Assembly: GCF_009914755.1 (NCBI RefSeq)
Contig: NC_060928.1
Strand: one strand, 5' to 3'
Source: the human T2T-CHM13v2.0 reference genome, Homo sapiens
DNA length: 64,000 nt
Made by a program: the position numbers and the translations under genes. The notes beneath the pieces were generated by a model. That model had not been told where the DNA came from. It did not search any database and was given only the letters and a program-made list of their open reading frames with translations. Each line of letters begins with the position of its first letter. The first letter of the stretch is position 1. This document shows, piece after piece, positions 42,941 through 55,650 of the stretch.

Positions 42941-43990
42941 CTGGAAAACATAAAATACACTTTGAATGAGAACTTTCGGGGAAAAATAAACAAAAAACAC
43001 TGAAAAATCATGAGAAACCCTCCAAAGTGTGAGACTCTTTTAAGTGTACACTCATTTAACCATTGGACAAAGCAGACATTTTTAGCTCTGGCATTAAAAA
43101 TTTAGCATCTCCCATCCATCTTGGCTAGTAAAAGTCTAGCCACCTAACCACGGATTAGGATGAATCCTCTGAGTTGTTATTACTGCATTTCAGAAGTGGA
43201 GTTGCATGAAAAGATTAACCCCTTTTTTAAATTCCCGGGGTCTAAAGGGTAACAGTATGAGTTAGAAGCATGGAAGCTGGAGGCTTAGGGTCAGGGGTAT
43301 CCTTAACATGAATCCCAGAAGAAGGCTAACAGGTTGATGGTGGAAAGGCGTAGGCAACAGAACTAACTACTCACTCGGGGTGTGGTTCAACCTCAGGCAA
43401 ACAGCGGGCCCAAGTGTGATGGTTCTAATCCATCCAACATCCACCCCCGCCCTCAGCTATCTACCCTGAGCAGGCGCCGCTCACACTCGCCGGCCGTCTC
43501 CAACCCCGCGCCAGCCACCCGAGGGGGCGTTCTCAGCCTCCACCCTAGCGGACCCCGCGCCAGCACTTGTTAACCCGTTACCACCTGTTGACTTGGCCTC
43601 CCTGCACTTCCATTTCATTATTTGCCAAACGCAGCTTGCTTACTTTACAGAGAAAAACCAAGAGAGCGGGCAGACAGATTTTATGTGAGAGAAAAGTTGG
43701 ATGCTCACGCTCCATGGAGCATCCTCGCGTTTCCCGGGGAAAAGCGGATCCCGGAGAAGCAGCCTAATCTCTCAGCCCTTGTGGAGAAGGGAATATCAGA
43801 AGCAGGACGAAAGCCAGGTCAAGTCTCTTTCCTTAGGCTCCCCAAAGGGACAAGTACTCACCTCCCAGAGACCTGGCCCAGCGGGTCCTCATGGCAGCAC
43901 CACCCCCTCCCGGTGCCCACGACCATTCGTCTCCCACCCGGCGTTCTCCAGGATTTCCAAAGACGCCCGTTTAGATCCACAGGTACTTAC

Positions 43991-44224
43991 CTGAGTCCCT
44001 CTGCTTCTCCACAACTCCGACTCCTCCCCGCCTCTCTCTTTTTTAAAAAAAAAAATTTAAACAATTCCCAAATAATATTTAATAGGAAAGAAGAAGGAAA
44101 AGGAGCGCACAGGAAGGGCGGAGGCGGCACCCGGGGGGGACTGTCCCCAGAGGAGGCCGCTGTGAGCCGGCGACGCGAGGCTGGGGGAGTGGGAGGCAAA
44201 CCCGCTAACCTGTCGTCGAATGGC
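43991..44224 (-). other. SNCA: SNCA alternative downstream non-coding first exon
   Basis: Ends GGGACTCAG|GTAAGT (perfect donor); 5' end approximate, from a recalled transcript variant. Confidence 0.8.
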
Positions 44225-44447
44225 CACTCCCAGTTCTCCGCTCACGAGGGTGGAAAGGCAGAAGGCTTGAAGGCAAGGCGTGAGGGAGCGCCCAGGACGC
44301 TCTCGGAGGGGCCGGGCCGGGGTCTGCGCTGCAGCCCGCACGCACCTCACTTCCGCGTCGCGGCGCTCGGTCGCTCGCCCCCTCTCTTGGGCCCCTTCTG
44401 GTCGTCGCCGTCCTCCTCCTCCTAGTCCTCCTCCTTCTCCTTCTCCT
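44210..44447 (-). other. SNCA: SNCA main non-coding exon 1
   Basis: Matches recalled mRNA 5'UTR ending GGCCATTCGACGACAG|GTTAGC; no upstream ATG; internal donor GAG|GTGCGT at 44346/44345; TSS approximate. Confidence 0.9.
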
Positions 44448-45135
44448 CGGCTCTCCGCCCCCACCGCTGATTTGTCAGCGCTTCTCCCCGCCCCTCTCCC
44501 GGCGCTCGCTGCTTTCCCTGCAGCGTGCTCCTCGTTCCCTATCTCGGATGGGGATGGGGCAGGGGGCGCGGGGTGAGCCATCAACTCCAGCCGCCTGCCT
44601 GGCCGCGCAAGGCGGGAAAGTGGGGGCGCTTTTGCGCCTCACGTTAAGTTTAGGGTCACGAGCACTCTTGTGGAGATCGGGAGCGGTTGGGCTAGGGATG
44701 ATGCCTCTTCCTCTTTCCCCTTCCCCTCCCTTCTTGTCCCCGCCTTTCCTCTGGGTCCTCCCGGGGACCACCCCCTACCCCTCGTCAGAGTCGCCCTGGG
44801 AGAGCCGAGGGCCTGAGGGTCGACCACCAAGGGCAGAGCCTATCCCTTGGGGAGCTGCTGGAGGAGACAGGCAGCGCCGGGAGGTGGCTCACACCGCACC
44901 GCCGAGAGCGCTTTGCCCTCGCATCGCTGAAATTTAATCACGGTCACAGGTTACAACGTTAGGGGTCGCTTTAGTTCAAATATCTTCAAGGTTTTCGTTT
45001 GCTCTTAATCTAGGAAGAGCCGGAAAGGGTCCTGAGGGTGAAGGGGAGACTACTAAGGAAGAGTCACAGGTTGAGGAGGCAGGAGAAGGCTCAGCAAATC
45101 CTCTTTCCACGCCACTATCACCATTTTCCTTTCCA

Positions 45136-45143
45136 CCAATCAG
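45136..45143 (+). promoter_or_regulatory. NF-Y-type CCAAT box
   Basis: CCAATCAG consensus between alternative first exons. Confidence 0.5.
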
Positions 45144-45500
45144 CGCCTGCCAGACGCTGATTTTCCCATCAGTGGAACAAGGAATAAATATTCCCCAGCC
45201 GTCTAAAACAAGCGGTCCTAAGGCTTTTCGCTCTAGAAATGGGACTTACTTTGCAGACCTCCCTTTATCTGGGAGACAAATCCAGCGTGATTTAGCCTAC
45301 CGGACCATCATATCCAATTTCTTCTTCAGCCCCTTCTGAAAGGGAGATGCTACACACCACTCACCTTTCTGACTTCTGATTCTCGTTGCCCTCAGAATTG
45401 ACACCCCCTTTTCTCTCCCCCCACCCACCACACGCACATGCACACAGACATACACACGCGAACTTCAAGACAATTTTTGCATCGCTTAACACATTTTCAC

Positions 45501-45553
45501 CTCTTTCAGAGCTGGAAGACAGCTGTTCCTGGATCACACCAGAATGGAGAAGC
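45501..45553 (-). other. SNCA: SNCA alternative upstream non-coding first exon
   Basis: ATTCTGGTGTGATCCAGGAACAGCTGTCTTCCAGCTCTGAAAGAG|GTGAAA matches a recalled transcript variant 5' end. Confidence 0.78.
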
Positions 45554-45979
45554 AAGCTCCTCCCACTAGCAGAAAGCCTTTGCTTTCTGTGCCTGGATTC
45601 GGAAGATTAGTTAAGCACTGGAAGAGGAGGGGGGAAACAACAACTCGTTTTTGTTGTATGTTTTTTTTTTAATTGTTTTTATATTTATAGAAAGTTATGC
45701 TTTGTCTGATTCTTGCGCTAATTTGGGTTCTGAAATTTGAGTAAAATCAAATTTAAACATACAAAACAACTTTAAAACCACAAGGAACAGGAAGCAAATG
45801 ATTATACATAAAAGACATATAGAAGATAATGCATATGTGTTCAGTGGAAAATAGAAAAGCATGAAAGTAAGATCACAAATATTTATTATTTAAACTCTTC
45901 CTTGAACTATTGGTCTGCCCTTTGGAAAAGCAGACTTTCCTTAATGCAGTAGCTCATATTAATATTTTTTGTTTGCTTA

Positions 45980-46700
45980 GGACCAGAGCAAGAAGGTTGG
46001 ACTTGGGAGCTAGTTTGCTGTCTGGCTTTGAGACCTTGAACAAGTTTTGTTCTCCTTCTGTTTCCAGTTTTCTTTTTTGTAAATTAGGAGATTAACTCAT
46101 GTGATCACTCTATTTTCAACTTTTTGTTATGGGAAATATTCAAACATATGCAAAAGTAGACAGAATAAAGGACTCTCATGTGAAGATCATCCAACTTTTA
46201 CATTTTTTCAATGCATGGCTGATCATGTCTCATCCATAAGTCCACTCACTTTATCACTACCAATCCTCCCTCTTTTTTTTTTTTTTTTTTTTACCAAATT
46301 CAAGCTTTATATATATCTTTTCAGCTGTAAACATTCAGTATGCATCCACAAAATTTAAGGACTGTTTAAAAATAACCACAATATCATTAGATGATTCTTT
46401 AAAATTGCAGTGTAATTTACACCTAGGGAAATGCTCAGATGTTGTGTCCCTTTAAATCAGTTTTGAAAAAGCCATGCATTAGTGTAACCCACACTATTTT
46501 GAAGACACAGGACATTTTCATCATTCCAGACAGTTACCTTGTACCTTCATGTGCATATTCTAGAATGTCATAAAGATCTAATCACGTAGTATAAACTTTG
46601 TTTTATATTTGTCTGACTTCTTTTACTCAGTATAATATTTGTGAGGTTCGTTCATGTCGTTGCATGAATGGGTGTTTTGTTTTTTATTGCTTTTTGTTGT
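45980..46700. mobile_element. MIR fragment followed by old L1ME-like fragments
   Basis: gaccttgaacaagt..tctgtttcc..tgtaaa (MIR); ttttcaactttttgttatgggaaatattcaaacatatgcaaaagtagacagaata (L1ME end). Confidence 0.6.
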
Positions 46701-49700
46701 TTCTTTTTACTACTGTTAATAGTATAAGTTTTCCATTGTGCCTCTTTACAACTAGTATCTCAATAGAGTATTACAACAATTATTTAATATATTATTTCAC
46801 ATGACATATTTATAGTATAACCATGACCTCCTTGAGACCTAGTGCTTTAAGTCAAAGAGGTAAATAAAATGAGATATTTTAGGTCTCATTACAACAGACC
46901 AATGTGAGAGAATTATTTCTGGACAGTTGCACTTCTTATAAACGTTTAACATGATTCCAAACTTTTATTTGGTAATTTGTTAGTTCTTTGGCAAAGGACT
47001 AATGTACTATGTTATTTAGTCATAACAAGCAGATCAATTACATTTTATGTAACTTTTATAGACAGAGAAACTGAGCTCCAAGAGTTTTGGTGATATGCTG
47101 AGATCACCTAGCTATTTTAAGTGGCAGAGCTGAGACAATTTAGCAGAAACTGTTACAGAAGGCACAATTGTCTCCTGAATTAGCAGTTTGTGTCTGAAGC
47201 CTCACAGATTGGGTGTGGTAAAGAGTGAGAAGGAAAAAGGTAGAACCCAGCTGTGTTAGAAATAGCCTTCAAATTTGGATGTGACAATGGAAATCAAGAA
47301 GAACTTATGTTATTATGAAACAGTTCATTCATATTTAAAGTTTTGCCTTTTCTATATTGGTATTCCTCAATAGGGGGAGATGATTTCTTACTACCTACAA
47401 AAAAAGAAAACTGTAAACTAATTTCGTTGTCATTTTGAATTACAACTATATGTTTAACACTTGTCACTCCTTAAAATGCCTTGAACACAGTAAACATCCA
47501 ATGAACTTTTAATTACACATAATATTGATAGTGATATTGCATATGTTCTAGGTCTGTATTCTTAAGGAGGGAAAGCTGCTCAAGTACAAAGAAGGGAACT
47601 AGAAGTTAAAATAAAGTTTTTTTAATTTTTCTTTTCATTATTGATGGACAGCATGGTCTTCAGTAAATCTTTAGCCTCTCTGAATATAACGTTAAACTAA
47701 TTGAATGGCTTGTACCTCATAAGAAATATGAAGTTATGAAGTAATAACATATTTGGAAGCATTACTAACATGCATATTCTGTTCATAACTACAATATTCA
47801 TGTTTTGTTTTCTCTTTGCTAAGTGAAATATAAATATTTTACCAGACCATAATAGGATTCTTTTATCTGGATTTAATTCATTAATTTTGCTATAGATTAA
47901 CATTCTATGAAATATATGCTTAACCTAGACTTTGTTTACCCCCATAGAACAACTGAATTTTTAGGTATGGTATGTGGTAAACTTGTGCTATAGCAAAGAC
48001 AGCAGAGTAGAATGGCATGAAAATAAAGATGCTGCCCATTAACAAGTAATTAAAGAGAGGACTGATTTAATGTGTTTAAGTTAAGAAAATACAACGTTTA
48101 TTATCTTTGGATAATATTCCGTATTTGTTGTGAACACAAGGGGTGATGTAATGTTGATGCTGGAGCCACCTGCTTCTTATTCTCTATCTGCACCTTCCTC
48201 TCACCTTCTGTAAACCTGTGAGAGAGACGAGGTAGTGAGATTGCGATAGGCTTCTTGTGTAATTTCATAGTGGGTAGAGTAGAGAAAGCCTAATGCATAC
48301 TGTTGGGAGATCATTATGTATGATTTTGGAAAGGGGGTGAGCATGAGATGGGGGAATAGGGTTACTCTGAAGAAATGGGAAGAGCAATCAAGGAGAAGCA
48401 TAGTATTCAGATTCTCTAATTTGACCCCATGGCCAACTTCATATTGTTTCCACTAGATATCATTTTAAATATTCCTGTGGTTTCGTGGTCCTAAGAATAT
48501 GAAGGCATGCAAGATTCCAAGATTAAAGATGTTAAAGCCAGATAGAAAAGATATTTAAATATTTCAAAATCTAACAAGTTCAAATGACTTTAGTTTTAGA
48601 AAGAAAAAAACACATTAATGAGCCCAAGAAATACACGCAACTCTGCAACTCTGGTGAGCATGATAGACTTCTAAGAGTAAATGTACTAGATACAACCTAA
48701 ATTCAGGGACTTATTAAAGCTCTACTACTCATTACTAGTGACTCAGAGCAAGTATCTATAACCTCTCTAATCTCTAGTTTTCTCATTAAAAAATGGGCAT
48801 GATATTTTACTTGTCTTGTTTGATTGTTGTAAGGAATGAATAATGTGGCTCATAGCAAAGAGCCAGGCAGAGTGGAAGCTCTCAGTACAAGTAGCTATTG
48901 TTATTATCTAGCCTCCATGTTTTGGGTGTCCTAGGACATGCTTTTTTTTTTTTTCCATTGCAGTAGATTTCCACCTGTTCCCATCCTCCACAGTCTCCCA
49001 TCCCACCAGCAACACACGTGAGATATCTGATGCCTTCCCATCAATAACTCTCACTTAGTATGGGTAAGCAAAAAATTTCCAACCAGGGATGGAAGTTGTG
49101 GAGAGATAGAGTGGGAAAGCTCAAGGAGCATTGATAGGGATCATTAATTAAAAATCTACCAAACATCTCTTTCTCTCCCTAATGTGCGAGTTACAATAAC
49201 ATCACTCAAAGCAGTTTGCAGCCACAGCTTGAAGAAATACAGTAACAATGACAGAATTAACATTCACTATCTTTATTAACATTTTTACTTTCTTAAACCT
49301 TGTTTCTTTCAAAAGACACTGGCATAGTCCTGTATGAATTATGTGGATTTGCCAAGAGAAAAAAATAAAATGATACAACAAATGGTGTTCCAAGTTTGAC
49401 AGACCCTTTGTGCCAGTGGCTCTGAAAGGCTTCAGAATGAATATCCAATTCAGAAATCAGTACCTAATATTTCAGATTAGTGAAGAATCAACAGACTGAA
49501 CAGCATTTGTATTCAGAAAGGAAGAAAATAAATGAATTTTTAAAATATCACGGGAACTTGTAATGTTTTGTGTATTGTTTTGAACTGAAGTTACAATACT
49601 GTTACAAACAGTGTATATACAGCAAATAAGTATGTTCCTTACAATATCCAAAATATCCAGGAATCTAATACGTTTTCCTTTCTAGATAATTTGAGAGTAT

Positions 49701-49725
49701 AAAGTGACGTTTAAGAAACTTTTTA

Positions 49726-50030
49726 GGTCGGGCATGGTGGCTCACGCCTGTAATCTCAGCACTTTGGGAGGCTGAGGTGGGCAGATTACCTGAGGTCAGG
49801 AGTTCGAGACCAGCCTGGCCAAGATGGTAAAACCCCGTCTCTACTAAAAATACAAAAATCAGCTGGACGTGGTGGCAGGTGCCTGTAATCCCAGCTACTT
49901 GGGGGGCTGAGGCAGGAGAATTGCTTGTACCCAGGAGGTGGTTGTTGCACTGAGCCGAGATCGCACTACTGCGCTCCAGCCTGGGCGACAGAGCAAGACT
50001 CCATCTTGGGGGAAAAAGAAAAAAGAAAGA
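49726..50030 (+). mobile_element. Alu (AluSx-like)
   Basis: Full Alu; TSD AAGAAACTTTTTA at 49713-49725 and 50031-50043. Confidence 0.95.
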
Positions 50031-52694
50031 AAGAAACTTTTTAACACCATATAAAAAGCACATCACTAATGGTTTGAAAACTTGGTGTTCCATATAAAGC
50101 TGGAAATTTATGTAGTTAAGAAATTTAGAAAGCAAATTATTCAAAGAAGTTATCTCTTAATGGCTATTTGATAAACACTTTAGTATAAAAACATATCCAT
50201 GTCAATAAATATGGATTTGTAACATCATCTTGACTATAAAACGTTATACTGTATCATATATTTATTTAATTATCTATTTTTAATTTACTATTACTTTTTA
50301 TTTTCGTATACATCGGTTGAATTCAATTTTTCTTCTTTTTGTCTTCCAAGAATAAAACGCTTGTCTATATACCCAGTCTAATAATTCTTTATATATGTTA
50401 AATATTACTAACAAGTTAATCTTAAATCAACTTCTCTATAATAGACAATGATCCTTCACTAAGTCTTACTGATTCTTTTCTGAGTCCATTTCTATTTAAA
50501 TTATCCTTAAATTTCGTCATTAAAATATTGAAGTTAAAGTTGTATGTGCAGGGTTGCTTTTTTTGGTCACAATAAAAAAGATTCCAAGTAATCAGATTAG
50601 CCACAAAGAGAAATTTTTGTTAGTAATGGCTATTAAACACTTGAGAGTTGAATAATAAAGTTACGAATTATTTTAATTATCAAAATTTAGAGTGCAGAAA
50701 TATGCCTGTTTACATATGTAAAGCTGATTCCTGCAGGACATCTAGCTAGATGTTTCACAGATATAAGCATACACATAACAAAGAAAAAACAGCATTCAAA
50801 TATCTTCGTATAATGTAATCATCAAAAGGAAAAATTGATTTATATAAAAAAGTCACCAATATTACTCAAATATGTACAGCTCATTTGCATGTAAGAAAGT
50901 AGCATATACATTCTAGATCATTAAGATATAGACAGAATGGTATACACATGCACACTCACAATATTATGACATTATGTATACTAAAGAAAGCAGTAAAATT
51001 ATTTGCCATGTCTTTTCAAATGTAAAAGAGACATGTGTTTAATGACTTTATCTCTGTGTAAGTGTCTGTGGCAACAATCAATTAAATGAGAATTCAATCT
51101 CCTTAATCATCTTGGATTATGCCCTTAACCTGTAGGGAGCTAAAATAACATCTTAAGGTAGATTAAAAGTCAAAGTGGATTTCAAACTGGACAGGACAAT
51201 CTGACATGACACTTCCCAAATATAATCATCCTTTATTTTCTGTTATACAAGTAGTATATGCTCATTAAAGAAAAGTGATTAAATGCAGATAAGAAAAAGA
51301 AAAAAATCAGTATGCCTAGCAATAAGAGATAAACTTCTACTTTCCTACTAAAAATTACCTTTTCTAAAAGGTAATTTAAAAGTATGTATCAAAATCCCTC
51401 AATATGCATCTTGACTCAGCAATTCCATTTCTAGAAAGATATCTTAAGAAAATATCATTTATCAAAGAAATAAATTTTATGCCATCTTATAAAATTTTAA
51501 GAACTGTATTCCTGCATATCCCATAAAAAGTTTTTACCAATCCAATTGTCCAAGTTAAATTTTTGGCTGGTTACACTCCCTCTTTTTGTGATATGTCACA
51601 CAACTGGTAAATGATGAGGCACTTTGACTCCATATTTCTTCTTAAGCAACACACAATACAATCTCAAGCCTCTGCAGTTGAACTTTTTCTCCACTTGTTC
51701 TCTCTCTTTAAGAAATGAAAGTTAACTTTAACCATCTCATAAATTTGTGAAAATGAATCGCGCTAATGCACGTAAATAACTACCATGATGGTGTGTGAAA
51801 GGGCTGCTCCCACTTAGCTTCTAAATCAAGTTTTAGGAAGAAAACAAAAAAGAAAATCATTTTGCTGCTCTTTTCCTAACTGGAACAAAAATACATATAC
51901 CAAAATAATGCTCACAGAAGTAAAGGATATATTTATCTATGGACACAGAAGAGCTACTAATCGGATGAAAAGAAAGTGGGGTTACAAAAACTTTTCCAGT
52001 CAGGCAGAAATACACCAAAACAAAGTCAAGATAAAAAAAAAAACTTCCTAGAGCAAAAGAGAATTGACCCAAGTGTGAAAATTTGAAACAAACTAGAAAA
52101 GCCAAAATTTAAGTCAGAGATAAAAATATTTGAAAACATTAAACATGCTCTTCCCTAAAACAATTCTCTTTGTTTCCATACCATAAAATATAGTTCTGTT
52201 AGAATAGCTTCAAATAAAAATCCATCAGATTATATCAGTACAGTCAGGTCCATCTTGGGAGTCATCAGTTGAAATAGTTGAAGAGCTTTCAACTCTGTTT
52301 TCATATGTACAATATTTGGTTAATAATCTTTCTATATAATGTAATTATAACAGCATGAATTTATGTAAAATACACTGTTTTTCTTCAGGGAGTTGAGAAT
52401 CTTGACTGAGAATATTGCAAGTGTTCTCCTCTCTTTACTACACAGCTACAAAATGCTTCTTGTATTTGCAATAATGCAGAGAGACTTATCCAAAGATGAG
52501 TAGAGGCTCACGTCTTATATTGTCAGGGCCTGAAACCTGCCTAGCAGAATGGCAGAGAAGTAGCTTAGCAGGCCATGCCATGCGCTCTCTCCATTGTAGA
52601 GAGGGTCAGCATCTGAGAGACTGCTCTCCAAAGACTTATGTCTAGATAGAGTCACTTGTCCCCATCAAAGAAAAGAGCATGCTCTTCAGTTCTT

Positions 52695-52958
52695 ACCTTG
52701 GAGTGAACCCTAATCTGACTGATATTTTTATAAGAAGAGCAGATTAGAACACTGACACACACACACAGAAGACAATATAAAGACACTGGAAGAAGACAGC
52801 CATCTACAAGCCAAGGAGAGAGGCCTTAGAAGAAACCAACCCCGCTGATACATTGATCTCAGACTTCTAGCTTTCAGAATTGGTAGAAAATAAATTTCTG
52901 TTGTTTAACCACACAGTCTGTAGCATTTTGTTATGGCAATCCTAGCAAACTACTACAT
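52695..52958 (+). mobile_element. MLT1A/B-like LTR 3' part
   Basis: gaagacagccatctacaagccaaggagagaggcc..gaagaaaccaaccc..ttgatctcagacttctag..aataaatttctgttgtttaa. Confidence 0.8.
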
Positions 52959-53269
52959 CAGGGTGATATTTATATTTGTATATAAAGCTGTATATAATTT
53001 GCATATAAAATTTATATATATAAATTCTCTTTTGCTCTAGGTAGAATCTTTCTTTATTTTGACCTTTGTTTTGGCATAGCTACATAACGAACATTATATA
53101 CTGCTTTGTCCAGAAAGCCTAAAGTTTGTAGAAGCTACATGACTGGCCCAAGATTAACCAACTGATACTATACCTATGGAAGACATGAAGACTTACATCA
53201 CATATATATCATATAAATCATTATATCCTATATATATGTATGTGTATACACACATGAGATATCTGATGC

Positions 53270-53274
<5 letters not shown>

Positions 53275-53357
<83 letters not shown>
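53275..53357 (-). repeat. NACP-REP1 compound microsatellite (TC)10TT(TC)10(TA)8(CA)12
   Basis: Counted directly; ~10.4 kb upstream of the ATG; characteristic REP1 architecture. Confidence 0.96.
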
Positions 53358-54617
53358 TCATAGCTACTAATCCATCCTTTTGTCTACTCTATTGCAATCA
53401 AATATGCCAGGGAATAAAATACATAAAATTAGCACCATCATCTCCATTGTAAATGCTTGTTTCATACTCTGTGGGCTTCAGAAGGTGGAGAACAAAATCT
53501 GGACATAGAAAACATAAGCTGGCACTACAAATATTTTACAATAAATATGCACAACTAAAAATAAATTTCTGGAGTTGAATTTGAGGCTCTAAAAGCAGCC
53601 TCATCAATATCATATGGCTGTTATAATTTCAGCACTCACTCTTTAAAAAGGGTATTGAGGGGAGGTTAACTTCAAAAATAATTAGTGTGGTAAACAATGT
53701 TTAGGTCTGAGAATGTACAAAATTGGATTAAAATCAAATTATAAAGAATATGCTGTTGTATTTTACCACTCTTATTAGAACCAACTGGAAGAACAAAAGC
53801 ATCCATTAACTCTTGAACTTCTTACCCTGTAGGACTTTCATTCTAAGCTGTCTAGAAAACTCAGTAGAAAATGTGGAAGGTTGATTGCTAAACAGGGCAT
53901 AGACAATAAAGAATATTGCTATATTCTAAAGGATTGATCTTTTAAATGTATTTCTCTGGGCTTTGAAATTCTGATTGCGGACTGATGCGTTATTACATAT
54001 TCAGTTTGAACTGATGGCTATTTGTTGAACAATTGAGGGCCACACATTTCTTTACATCTCCAGTGCCTGCCTTGTGTCCAGAGCAAGCATCCAGGAGATT
54101 CCCAAGAGATTCCTCACCTGCTGATCTTCAGATCATAGCACTCAGCCTCTCCTTTGATGTCATTTTTTCTTATTGCAGCAAATGGTCTCCTTACCCAAGG
54201 GATCCCTGTTAGGGCTAGGGGCCTGCTTTGGTCTGGACAGGACCTGTCCTTAGAGCTTAGCAATTTCTTTCAACGGCTTCCTAAATGCAGACTTCTTTCT
54301 ACATGAAAAGACTGCTAACAGTTGATTTGAAATCTTATTGAATCATTCTAGTTCATCTGTTTGATATTTTAATGACAATAAAGTTGGTTTAGGCATTTTA
54401 ATTATTTCCGTTTTCTTACCCAGAGTTTCCACTTTTACTGATGATATTATTTTTCCATTAAGGAACCAAATTTATCCAGGTGGTAGAATTATTTATTTTA
54501 GTAGAGTGAAGGAACTTACCAGAATGAGAAAAGACAGCTTTAAGGAATTCACTCATCTTTCTCTATTCCTTTTACCTGGTTGTTGGATTATTTATTTCCC
54601 AGACTCAGTTCAGAAAC

Positions 54618-55056
54618 TGTTGCCAAAAGACAAAATTACAACTTATTTAAAGGTCTTAATTGGCTTTTATCTGTAATTCTAGAATCAGGCTACACTTCAT
54701 TCTATATAATATAATGAGTTTTTTGATAAGCTGAGCAGAGGAGTTTGGTTTTATATACAGTAAAAGGCCAAGGAAAGCAGAAACAGAGAGCAAAAAGTAG
54801 ATTTCTTATTTCAAAGGTTCTTTCCTTATAAAAGTTAAAGCAGAGGGGACTTCCTTATCATGCTAGCTAAAACTGGCTCCTCTAGGGATTTGGCTATTGT
54901 CTCTTACTCTCTTGATTTCTAGGAAGGTCAGACAAACAACTTAGTTTTGGCTTGATAATGTGGGACTGTAACATGAGTCACTATTTTTGTCTGGTCCCTT
55001 GGGCCTAGTGCAAGATCTCAGTCCAAAGCAATGGCTCCCATAAATTTTATTTCACA
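54618..55056 (-). mobile_element. ERV1-type solo LTR (MER4-group-like)
   Basis: TG...CA ends, ttaattggcttttat polyA-signal region, ggttttata TATA region; subfamily uncertain. Confidence 0.6.
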
Positions 55057-55348
55057 CCATCAATCCTGGCAGAAACACTTTTCAATGACAGAATTATTGA
55101 ACACTCTGTGAAAAAAATGAAAACTTGAGAGCAGCTGTCCAGTAGGGTGTGAATTCATGGACCCTTTGGGAAAAATTAGGCTACTCTTGTTACTACATTA
55201 GTTTTATACTATATTCTCCAAATTTCCTGTCCTTCCAGTTGTGATAGAGTGTGTTTTGTGTCCTGATATGTATACTCAGTGGATAAATTGTGATTCAAGA
55301 GGAACCTTAAAATAAATACAGTTTTATAGATGCTGAAATTGAATGCCA

Positions 55349-55650
55349 GGGCTGGGCATGTTGTCTCATGCCTGTAATCTCAGCACTTTGGAAGGCTGAG
55401 GTGGGAGGAATTCTTGGGCCTAGGAATTTGAGACCTGTCTGGGCAACAAAGGGAAATCCTGTATCTACAAAAAATTTAAAAATTAGCTGGGCTTGGTGGC
55501 ATGCACCTGTAGTACCAGCTACTTGGGAGTCTGAGGGGGGAAGATCACTTGAACATGTGAGGTCGAGGCTGCAGTGAGTAGTGACCATGCCGCTGCACTC
55601 CAGGAGCTTGGGTGACAGCGCAAGGTTCTGTCTCAAAAACAAAAAAAAAC
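55349..55650 (+). mobile_element. Alu (AluJ-like)
   Basis: Diverged dimeric Alu with ggtcgaggctgcagtgag. Confidence 0.9.

Larger units (their letters stand above)
43350..44980. promoter_or_regulatory. SNCA promoter / intron-1 CpG island
   Basis: Sharp rise in GC and CpG; GC boxes at ~44454 and ~44486, ETS CGGAAGT at 44349-44355 (-), E2F-like ggcgggaaa at 44611. Confidence 0.92.
43650..49240 (+). ncRNA. SNCA-AS1: SNCA antisense RNA 1 locus (approximate extent)
   Basis: Recalled annotation: head-to-head lncRNA starting in SNCA intron 1; boundaries cannot be derived from the sequence. Confidence 0.5.

Noticed and set aside
43622-44425. 267-aa plus-strand ORF and overlapping long ORFs in the promoter
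   Set aside because: TTG start, low-complexity Pro/Gly/Arg content; long frames are expected in stop-poor CpG-island DNA
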